Origin: Octopus vulgaris
Taxonomy: Eukaryota
Length of the DNA stretch: 64,000 nucleotides
Assembly: GCA_951406725.2 (NCBI GenBank)
Contig: OX597816.1
Span: 48,050,001-48,114,000 of the forward strand
Reading direction: 5' to 3'
Part shown: positions 1-10,564 of the stretch, piece by piece
Position numbering within the stretch: position 1 is the stretch's first letter
How the letters are laid out: each line of letters opens with the position of its first letter
The notes under the pieces: model-generated
What the model saw: only the letters and a program-made list of their open reading frames with translations
Told to the model about the DNA's origin: nothing
The model's database searches: none
Position numbers and translations under genes: made by a program

Positions 1-350
1 TAACAATTCTGCCTGCCCACCGCCTTGGAATTCTATAAACAGACAAAGTCATAGGTGATATTAGGTTCTTGATTTAAAGTTCAGTCAGTCTAGGTAAATA
101 ACTCAAATATCAATGAATACTTGAAATGAAATGATTCTTACAACAAACTCAAGAAGAGAAATTGGAGCCTGAAACTGCAAGTCAATTTCTTCAGCTTCTG
201 CTATGTAAATTTGTAGACCAAATTCCAAACTAATGTTACAGAAGCATCATCCCTTCAACACATTCAAGTTCAGGCTTGATCAGGTTTTCCAGAACCATAG
301 ATCAGTTGAAAAACTAACCTAATGCTTTCCTCACTCGCTGACCAAATAAA
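1..350 (+). mobile_element. Possible decayed 3' end of a CR1/L2-type LINE
   Basis: Near 262-300 the sequence reads F-K-F-R-L-D-Q-V-F, resembling the FK.xLD.FL C-terminal motif of CR1/L2 ORF2. It is heavily interrupted. Confidence 0.3.
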
Positions 351-453
351 TTGAGTTTGACAGAACAAAGAAAACGGATCAGAATACCAGAATCATAGCA
401 TAAACGAATTGCAACCACAATTGTTATTTTTATTATAAAACTATAAACAGTTA

Positions 454-760
454 AAGAGAAAGAGAAGGAGAGAGAGAATGGGAGAGAGAGAGAGCGGGAG
501 AGAGAGTGAAAGGGAGAGAGAGAGAGGGAGAGAGAAAGGTGAGAGAGAAAGGGAGAGAGAGATGGAGAGAAAGAAGGAGGGAGAGAGAGAAGGAGGGAGA
601 GAGAGAAGGAGAGAGTGAAAGGGAGAGAGAGAGAGGAGAGAGAGAAGGAGAGAGTGAAAGGGAGAGAGAGAAAGGGAGAAAGGGAGAAGGGAGAGAGTGA
701 AAGGGAGAGAGTGAAAGGGAGAGAAAGAAAGGGAGAGAGGGAGAGAGAAGGAGGGAGAGA
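454..760. repeat. GA-rich polypurine low-complexity tract
   Basis: About 300 nt of almost only G/A, with recurring gagagtgaaaggga units. Confidence 0.95.
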
Positions 761-1065
761 CAGTGAGGTAGTATGTTAACGAGATAAATAGATAAATGTG
801 TATGAACGTGTGTGTACATATAAATATATATATATGTACACACACACACACACACACACGCATACACACACTCACACACGCACACACATATTTGTGTAGT
901 ATCGATGGGCAATGAGATAAAGGAATGATGAGAGACGGAGAGAAACAGAATGTTTAGAAGGTGAAAAAGTGGTCGATAGTAAGTGAGAGGGAACATAATT
1001 TCTAAAACGGGGGATATTGGAGAAAAGTTAATGAACTGAAAAGACATTCCTCCCACCCTTCAGAC

Positions 1066-1670
<605 letters not shown>

Positions 1671-1978
1671 TAGCCAAGAACCTACGCAGCATATGTCTAT
1701 GTAATATAAATACATGGACAGAATGGGCCTCAAATATTACCACATAAAAGAAAATATTTTGCAGAAGATTCTTGCTGCATATCAAGATATTTTGGTGACT
1801 ATTCATCTCATCAGCTCTTCTTCAGCTAAAGAGAGCATATACATATTTATGTGAGTATGTGTGTGTATTACAGTTTGTTTTTATCTCAAGTTGATATAAA
1901 AAAAAAAACCCAATTAAACTGAAGAATTACTTAATAGATATTAGTGATGTACATGCTAATTAAAAACATAATTAATCC

Positions 1979-2160
1979 TTTCTACTTTAGGCACATGACC
2001 TGAAATTTTGGGGAAGGGGACTAGTCGTTTACATTGACCCCAGTGTTTTGCTGGTACTTAATTTATTGACTCTGAAAGGATGAAAAGCAAAGTTGACCTC
2101 GGTGGAATTTGAACTCAGAATGTAAAGACAGATGAAATACGATTAAGCATTTTGCCCAGT
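1979..2160 (-). mobile_element. tRNA-derived SINE family B (Nin/Deu-domain-like), partial
   Basis: The reverse complement contains gttcaaattcc (B box) and the ggtcaactttgcttttcatcctttc...taagtaccag core shared with the other family-B copies. Confidence 0.75.
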
Positions 2161-3045
2161 GTTGTGACAGAAGTGATACTAATACTAAAAGGTAATCTTG
2201 ATTTCCTACTTAGTGTGAAGATTGTGTTAGAACACAGACTACCGAGTTATTTACCTTGAGAGGATCTTTCATATGGATTTGTGGTTCATAAAAACATTCA
2301 TAATTATAGTGTTGACAAACAAGAATCATTTGCTATGGCTGCTGAAACTTTCTGATCCCATGATTTCACCCTGCTATGGGTTCCTCAGTGACAGACAAAT
2401 ATTTACAAAAAGGTTAGTGTAATAGTGACTTCAAAGTTTCAGCCTGCTAGATTTTGTCAGTCTAATAAAGGCTAGCAGGTTGTAATAATGAAGTCAAACC
2501 AAATAGGGAAACTTTAATTTCATAATAAATGATTTCAAAATATCACCATTTGGTTTGTGCTCATTTATACAGCTAATAAAACCTCTCTTCGAACTGGAGG
2601 CAGAAAACCATCATGGTCAGTTAATACCTTCAGTTGGAAGAAAGGTGATATGCTCTCAGCCATTAGAATCTGATGCGTCATCCATAGAGCTAATTGCTTA
2701 ATGGATATGAAACCATTGGTCGCTCTATGGCCAGACATATATTTAACTTCATGTAAATACATTACTGCTCTAGCTTTTAGAGTGTGTTTGTTTTTTCAGA
2801 TGTTGGATCCACTCACGATATATATATGGGTGAGTGGACAAAGAAAAGAAAAGAGCACTTGACACATTTAGTAGGAGATACATGCATTGCTTCAAACAGC
2901 TTGGTTCAGTTCCATGCTACTTCAAGTTTCACAGGCCCCTAACAGGAGCCCAACACCTTCAGGCTTCTGGGAACTTAGGTGGCCATGAAACTTGGAGCAG
3001 CATGGAACCAAATCAAAACTGTTTTGAGCAATATACCAATACACT

Positions 3046-3300
3046 TACACACACACACACACATACATATATATATACAGATATATATATATACATATAT
3101 AAATATGTACATATATATATATATAAATATACAGACATATATATATATATATGTATATATACACACATATATATATGTATATATATACATGTACATATGT
3201 ATATTTATATACATATATATGTACATGTATACATATATATATATGTACATATATATATATTTATATATACATATATATGCATATATACATATATATATAT

Positions 3301-3348
<48 letters not shown>

Positions 3349-3579
3349 TCATCATCATCATCACCAGTGTTTAACATGGGTTGAATGATTTGACAGGAGC
3401 TGGCTCGGCAGAAGACTGCAGAGGACATCTGTATCTGCTTTGGCATTGTTTTTACACCAACCACCCGACAGACAGACAGACAGACAGACAGGCAGACAGG
3501 CAGACAGACAGACCGACAGACAGACAGACACACAGACACACAGACAAACAGACAGAGAGACAGACAGATAGATAGATAA

Positions 3580-3650
<71 letters not shown>
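3046..3650. repeat. (CA)n/(TA)n, (CAT)n, degenerate RTE-tail fragment, then (GACA)n/(GATA)n
   Basis: Directly visible tandem repeats. 3347-3465 resembles the RTE-tail family in reverse. Confidence 0.9.
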
Positions 3651-4060
3651 TATGGCTGTAATGATAAAGTTGAACCAAATAGTGAAATTTTAAGTTTATG
3701 ATAAATAACTTCAAAACATTACCATCTGGCTTGACTTCATTATTGCAACTTATACAATTTGATGCCAATACAAACTAACTAGTTTTGACTCTACTTATGC
3801 AGATACTCTAACAAAGATTTGGAGTAGTTATATTTAACTTGAGTTGAAAAATCTTGTACTGTGCAACACTTCATAGCATAGTATGAAATCATATATGACT
3901 CTAACTTATACAATTATCCATTCACACACTACAGAAGCCCCAACGCAAATCTGGTAGTACATATAATACTACTGCTGGATAGCACCAGATGAAAGCTGAA
4001 GGTGGGCGAGCTTATAGTGTATTCTACTATGTTCTATTAAATACATAGTAGAATAGATTT

Positions 4061-4294
4061 TCTTTTATTCTTTTACTTGTTTCAGTCATTTGACAGTGGC
4101 CATGCTGGAGCACCACCTTTAGTCGAATAAAGTGACCCCTGGACTTATTCTTTGTAAGCCTAGTCCTTATTCTGTTGGTCTCTTTTACAGAACTGCTAAG
4201 TTATGGAGGATGTAAATATACCGGCAACGATTGTCAGGCAATGGTGGGGGTACAAACACAGACACTTACATACATACGTACATACATACATACA

Positions 4295-4330
<36 letters not shown>

Positions 4331-4480
4331 TGATGGGCTTCTTTCAGTTTCCATCTATTAAATTCATTCATGTGTCTTTGGTTGACTCAAGGCTATAGTA
4401 GAAGACATTTGCCCAAGGTACCATGCAATGGGACTGAACCCAGAGCCTGTGGTTGGCAAGCGAGCTTCTTACCACAGAGC
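4061..4480 (-). mobile_element. tRNA/CORE-like SINE family A
   Basis: Reverse complement of the 20945-21346 copy (ttttacttgtttcagtcatttgac...gggactgaacc). Confidence 0.85.
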
Positions 4481-4492
4481 TACTTCTTCGCC

Positions 4493-4531
<39 letters not shown>

Positions 4532-4888
4532 CTAAAAGTGTATAGAATATTTCTATACACAAAGAGAAGGCTTTTGACAAGACATATTTTTAAAAATATG
4601 TTATATCTTAAGACTTTTATTTATGCATGCTAACCACTGGTAATAAAGTATTTTAATTTATTACCCTCATATTTACGATCAGACGCCATGGTTGACCGCT
4701 AGCCACTAAAGCTTTTTATTCTCTCTCTGTTTATTTTCTTGTATTACTTTCTAGTGAAGAACGTAGGCTTGAGATGTAAAAGACTTTCTCACCTTCCCGC
4801 ACGTTAAACTAATACACCTGTTTATTGTTTATACACCCGTGTTCATCTTTTGTTTTTTTTGTAAATTTCAACTATATATGTATACATA

Positions 4889-4920
<32 letters not shown>

Positions 4921-4936
4921 CACATAAATATATGTG

Positions 4937-4987
<51 letters not shown>

Positions 4988-5043
4988 TGTATACATATAT
5001 ATATGTATACATATATATGTATATATAAATATATATATTTATA

Positions 5044-5153
<110 letters not shown>

Positions 5154-5169
5154 AGTAAAATAAGACAAG

Positions 5170-6111
5170 GTAGAAAATGCTAAAATGATTTTATCATGAA
5201 GAACATTTCAGTACCAGTTTCAGTCTTTGCAACTTTTTCAACTTAGAGTAAAGCATGAAAAACAATTAAATTGTGGAAAAATTAAATGAAATTTAAAAAA
5301 AAAATATTTCCATAGTTTTCAAATACATGGGACATTTTTCCTTATTTTCTATCTCTCTCTCTCTTTTACTTTTGTGAAGGTAAGTTGGTAAGTAGTAGCA
5401 GATCTGAAGAAATATTTAATATGAGGGATGTGGGTTCTTGGTTTTGATTGTTTAAGCAGCAGTAGCCAAGGAAGGGGACAGAGAAGAAGAAGAAGAAGAA
5501 GAAGAAGAAGAAGAAGAAGAAGAAGAAGAAGAAGAAGAAGAAGGAGGAGAAGACGAAGAGGGGAAAAGAAGGAGGAGAAGATGAAGAGGGAAAAAGAAAG
5601 AGAAGACGAAAAAGAAGAAGAAGAGAGAGCAGGAAAAGAAGAAGAAGAAGAGGAAGAAGAAGAAAAAGAAGAAGAAGAAGGAGAAGAAGGAACAGGAAAA
5701 GAAGAAGAAGAGGGAGCAGGAAAAGAAGACAGTGAATAAGAAAAAGACAGGAGTGGGATGACAGTAATAGGCTGTTTGTAGAGTCTTCTTAAATGGTCAA
5801 GTGACCTAAAAGTGACCTGTTGTATTAGTGATTGGAATTCTCAACAAATTCATGGTTAGTGACTGTTCTGTATTATTTTAAGGCACTTGTAGTAGTGTCT
5901 TTTGTGTTGGAAGCATTCAAAAGGGGCTTATATTTTGCGATAAAATATGACTCTTTGCTAATGCGCTGATTATAGGGTGTATCGTCCTGAATGTATAGAG
6001 GAGAAAATTTCTGAAGCTAGGTTGTTTGTTAGTGACGCAAATGTCAAAGTGTTCGCTGAATGCTATTTTTCTGTATTCCTGAATTTTAATTTGGGATCTA
6101 TGTAGGATCAT
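5170..6111 (-). mobile_element. Penelope-like element fragment (GIY-YIG C-terminal region plus terminus), with inserted (GAA)n tract at 5481-5740
   Basis: ORF 5917-6111 MILHRSQIKIQEYRKIAFSEHFDIC resembles the distal GIY-YIG region of Penelope-like elements. The terminus has a degenerate ttgaaaaag...gaaactggt hammerhead-type end. Confidence 0.5.
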
Positions 6112-6375
6112 CCTATATATATAGGAAGGGTAAAAGGTAAAGATCCCCTTCAGTCATGAATGTCCATGGAATTGCACCTAGAAAATTACACACTGAGTCA
6201 CAAGTCCAGGCAAGGTTGTTTATGGAAGATTAGTAGTCAACCATGCATTCCAGCCTCCCCCCTCCATGTCACAGATTTTGTCCATACAGCTTGGTATCAG
6301 TGACATTGCAATTCATTTCTACAGCTGAATGCACTGGACCAACGTGAAGTAAAGTATTATGCACATGAACTCAAC

Positions 6376-6458
6376 ACCTGGAAACTTATTATAAATCTAC
6401 TTATGATATAATGACGTACCTTTGCACTGGCCAAAAGGTAATTTATATATACATGTAT

Positions 6459-6489
<31 letters not shown>

Positions 6490-7461
6490 ATAACAAAGAC
6501 AGCTACATGCAATATAAAACCAAAAAGCAAAAATTTAATTATCATTGTAACTGAGGGTGCTGGGTGGCACCTATATTGCTAGAAATAAGAGTTAAAAACC
6601 TTTCACTCCACAAGAAACCACATTTCCCTTGTCAGTTTATGGAAATGTGCTCTAAGGGTTTTTAATTGGACTCACTACCTCTTGATTGTGAGCCCAATTC
6701 TCTAATGACTGGGCCATGCACTTTCACATATGGTAAAAGTTTTTATTTTTTTCATTTCATTCCTTTCAGGATTTTATCCCTAATTTTGTGGTTTTGGAAC
6801 CTAGCTGTTCTTTCTAGCGTGATGAATCCCATGAGTGGATTCTTTATGTGTTTAAATGTACACTGTATTTTATGACACATACATATATATATATTCTTTT
6901 ATTCATTTATTCTTTTATATGTTTCAGCCATAAGACTGTGGCCATGCTGGAGCACCATCAGTGAAATGTCACTTGAGGCTAATGGCTATGTGGTAAGAAG
7001 TTTAGTTTTCAACCACAAGATTTTGGTTTCAGTTCTGCTGCGTGGTACTTTGGCAAAGTGTCAGACTGACCAAGCTTTGTGAGTGGATTTGGAAGTTGTA
7101 AACTGAAGGAAGATTGTTGTGTGTGTATGTGTGTGCATGTGTATAAATCTTTGTGTTTGTCCCCCATTACTGCTTGACAATCGGTGTTGCTTTGTTTATG
7201 TCTCTGTAATTTAGCAGTTCAGCAAAAGAGACTGATAAGTTAAAAAGAAATAACAGTCCTGGGGTTCAGTTCTGTATTTATGACATGAGAAATTATGTAC
7301 CTTATTCACATTATTTACATTATTTACATTCGACGGATATTTGTCCTTGTCCTGTTTGTTGTTAACAGAACATTTCGGCTGATATACCCTCCAGCCTTCT
7401 TCAGGTGTCTTGGGGAAATTTCGAACCTGGGTTCTCATTCCTAAGGTATTTTTCGATGTTA

Positions 7462-7517
<56 letters not shown>

Positions 7518-7693
7518 GTTCAGGTCACTGCTTGGAATCAAACTCAGAATCTTGGGGTTAGTAGCTTGCGCTCTTAACCACTACGTCATATGTCCATGGG
7601 CCTATGTCCTGGGTTGATTTGTTCAACTAAAGCTCTAGCAAAACTGCTGTTCTATGAAGGAAACAATTAAATCATAAACGATAAAAGATATGT

Positions 7694-7730
<37 letters not shown>

Positions 7731-7734
7731 TGTT

Positions 7735-7765
<31 letters not shown>

Positions 7766-7999
7766 GTATATATATACAGTGACTGAGGGTGCTAGGTAGC
7801 ACCTATATTGCTAGCGACAAGAGTTAAAAACCCTTAGAGCACATTTCCATAAACTGACAAGGGAAATGTGGTTTCTTGTGGAGTGAAGGGTCTTTAACTC
7901 TTATTTCTAGCAATATAGGTGCCACCCAGCACCCTCAGTTACAATGATAATGAAATTTTTGCTTTTTGGTTTTATATTGCATGTAGCTGTCTTTGTTAT

Positions 8000-8032
<33 letters not shown>

Positions 8033-8115
8033 ATACATGTATATATAAATTACCTTTTGGCCAGTGCAAAGGTATGTCATTATATCATAAGTAGATTTAT
8101 AATAAGTTTCCAGGT
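6376..8115. repeat. ~290-bp near-identical inverted duplication (6376-6665 vs 7824-8115)
   Basis: The two blocks are reverse complements with only a few substitutions. ORFs 6357-6545(-) and 7919-8164(+) share [36 protein letters not shown]. Confidence 0.9.
7364..7409 (-). ncRNA. Degenerate Penelope-type minimal hammerhead ribozyme
   Basis: Minus strand: gacac CTGAAGA a ggctg-gagggtatat-cagcc GAAA tgtt ctgtt. The core and stem II are intact; stems I and III carry mismatches. Confidence 0.5.
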
Positions 8116-8129
8116 ATCACAGGTGTCTT

Positions 8130-8330
8130 TATTTTCAGGTGTTTATGTACATTCTCTATTATGACTTCTATCATTTCTGCTATTGAAATATTAATGAACT
8201 AACTTTCTACATCTAAGGTGAAGAAGGCATCTATTGTATTGGTCTCTTCTAAAATCTGTGAAAATTCCTCAGATGATCATATATTACATTTCTTTGCTGT
8301 GTGTTCTTTAATAATGTTTTCCAATTTTAC
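8130..8330 (-). mobile_element. Penelope-like reverse transcriptase fragment (dead)
   Basis: The minus strand reads FFTLDVES*FINISIAEMIEVII, matching the PLE RT motif SLDVESLFTNVP..ETI.II. Confidence 0.5.
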
Positions 8331-8607
8331 ATTAAATCTATTTCCACCCATGATTCTGAACATATTAATTCTGTCATTTATTCTGAACATATTAATACTG
8401 TCAACATTCATGTTGTTGTTATTTTTTAAGTCTGAGAGTACTTTTTTAAAGTTAAAAAATTTTTTTTTTATTGCTTCCCAACCTCATGGTTGCAGGTTCA
8501 GTCCTAATGCATGGCACCTTGGGTAAGTGTCTTGTACTATAGCCTCGGACCGACCAAAGATTTGTGAGTGGATTAGGTAGATGGAAACTTAAAGAAGCCC
8601 ATCATAC

Positions 8608-8661
<54 letters not shown>

Positions 8662-8959
8662 TCATCATCATCATCATCATTTAGCGTCCGTTCTCCATGC
8701 TAGCATGGGTTGGACGGTTCAACTGGGGTCTGTGAAGCTGGAAGGCTTCATCAGGCCCAGTCAGATCTGGCAGTGTTTCTACGGCTGGATGCCCTTCCTA
8801 ACGCCAACCACTCCATGAGTGTAATGGGTGCTTTTTACGTGCCACCCGCACAGGTGCCAGACAGAGCTGGCAAACGGCCACGAACGAATGGTGTACATAC
8901 ACACACACACACACATCTAAACGCATATATATGTATATGCATATACACAAACATAAGAA

Positions 8960-9586
8960 GCACCAGATGTGGTGTGCAAGAGAGAGACAACTGCACTGGT
9001 ATGGTCATGTATTGCATATGGATGAGGACAGCCATGTGAAGTGTCATACCCTAACAGTGGAGGGAACCTGTGGAAGAAGTAGAACAAGGAAGACATGGCT
9101 CTCACTGAGGCAATGACAAGCGACCAAGACCTTTGGAGATATGCTGTGCTTGAGAAGACCTGTTGAGTTTAGTGAACTCGTAGTCATGGCCAATGCCAGT
9201 GCCACCTGACTGGCACCTGTTCAGTGGTACATAGAAAGCACCATTCAAGTGTGGCCAATGCTGGTGCCGTAGAAAGCACCATTCAAGTGTGGTCGATGCC
9301 ACTGCTGTCTGACCATCTTCTGTGCCAGTGGGACATAAAAAGCACCATTCGAGCATGGTCAATATGTCAATATGCTTCACTGGCTCCCATGCCAGTGGCA
9401 TGTAAAAAGCAGCCACTACATTCTTGGGATGGGTGATGTTAGTAAGGGCATCCAGCTGTAGAAACCTTGCCAGATCAGATTGGAGTCTGGTGCAGCCTCT
9501 TGGCTTACCAGTCCTCAGTCAAACCCTCCAGCCCATGCCAACATGGAAAGTGGACATTAAACGATGATGATGATGATGATGATGAT
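8960..9586 (+). mobile_element. 3' end of an RTE-clade LINE: ORF2 C-terminus, repeat-containing 3' UTR and (GAT)n tail
   Basis: QLHWYGHVLHMDEDS..EGTCGRSRTRKTW matches the RTE L.W.GHV.RM...GRP...W terminus. It is followed by gtggca.gtaaaaagcacc repeats, aagggcatccagctgtagaaac and (GAT)n. Confidence 0.75.
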
Positions 9587-9591
9587 GCGTA

Positions 9592-9683
<92 letters not shown>

Positions 9684-9711
9684 CATATATATATATATAT
9701 ATACATACATC

Positions 9712-10093
9712 AGAATCGAAATCGATCAATGGAAATCGATCAATGGAAATTACAGATGTGTTACCAGTGCCGGTGGCATGTAAGAGAACCTTCCGTTTCG
9801 CGACCGTTGCCAGCACCGCCCCGTTTTGTGTCCGTTGCCAGCCTTGCCTGGCCCTCGTGCCGGTGGCACATAAAAAGCACCATCCGTTCATGGCCGTTTG
9901 CCAGCTCTGGCACGTAAAAAGCACCCACTACACTCTCGGAGTGGTTGGCGTTAGGAAGGGCATCCAGCCGTAGAAACACTGCCAGATTTGACTGGGCCTG
10001 ATGAAGCCTTCTGGCTTCACAGACCCCAGTAGAACCGTCCAACCCATGGTAGCATGGAAAACGGACGCTAAACGATGATGATGATGATGATGA
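9712..10093 (+). mobile_element. RTE 3'-tail repeat. Other copies: 8659-8890-, 11279-11668+, 18437-18672-, 22075-22230+, 39902-40308-, 42664-42890-, 44647-45020-, 51557-51826-, 61511-61650+, 62755-62870-
   Basis: Shared core cactacactctcggagtggttggcgttaggaagggcatccagc...cccatgctagcatggaaa.cggacg.taaac(gat)n. Confidence 0.85.
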
Positions 10094-10564
10094 TATACAC
10101 ATACATAAGTTGTTTGGATTTAAGTCGTTCTCGATTATACATCGGTTTTCAAAAATAATATATAGAAAAATAAAAATCAAGTTAAGCCATTTTACTCGAC
10201 TTTATGTTTGTCTGCCACAAATATTGAAATTATGAATTCACTAGAAATGTTAAAATTACATAAAATGATATTACTGTACAATAAATAAGAATAAAAGCAT
10301 ATAACATTATATTAAAATATGTACAGTAAATGTTAAGATACACACCATAAGGTAGTGTAGCTAAGTGAACAAAATCATGAAATTAGCTGTGTTATCATAG
10401 TTATCAGTCTTTCAGAGCTCATATTGCACTGTAGTTCAAATATCTACCATTAGGTGTCATTGCCACTCGTGATTCGCGCGGTTGTTATGAATTCAGATTT
10501 ATTTATGTCTGTTTATCAGCTACTTTCTCATTCTCATTCTTCTGTGATTTTATGTTTTGCCCCC

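Larger units (their letters stand above)
1694..4055 (+). ncRNA. Candidate structured non-coding RNA: dense tandem array of stem-loops, interrupted by one SINE and one microsatellite block
   Basis: Hand-paired stems at 1694-1720, 1751-1793, 1814-1836, 2189-2257, 2426-2496, 2478-2574, 2682-2730, 2780-2860, 2883-3035, 3654-3750, 3855-3885, 3949-3990 and 4020-4055. Many non-WC pairs are G-U on the + strand. No expression evidence. Confidence 0.45.

Noticed and set aside
2189-2500. H/ACA snoRNA reading of paired hairpins (ANANNA at 2259-2264 and 2405-2410)
   Set aside because: The second hairpins lack pocket geometry or a correctly placed ACA, and ANANNA is common in A-rich DNA.
2573-2700. Possible + strand terminal coding exon after tttatacag
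   Set aside because: The acceptor is weak, two frames are similarly open, no homology is recognised, and the sequence is part of the hairpin array.
2937-2944. CCCTAAC as a telomerase RNA template within the hairpin array
   Set aside because: It is only about one repeat, is buried in a stem, and no pseudoknot or H/ACA architecture is evident.
9190-9420. Spaced direct repeats (aaagcaccattc.ag) resembling a CRISPR array
   Set aside because: These are degenerate sub-repeats of a retroelement 3' UTR with mutually related spacers, in a eukaryotic context with no cas genes.
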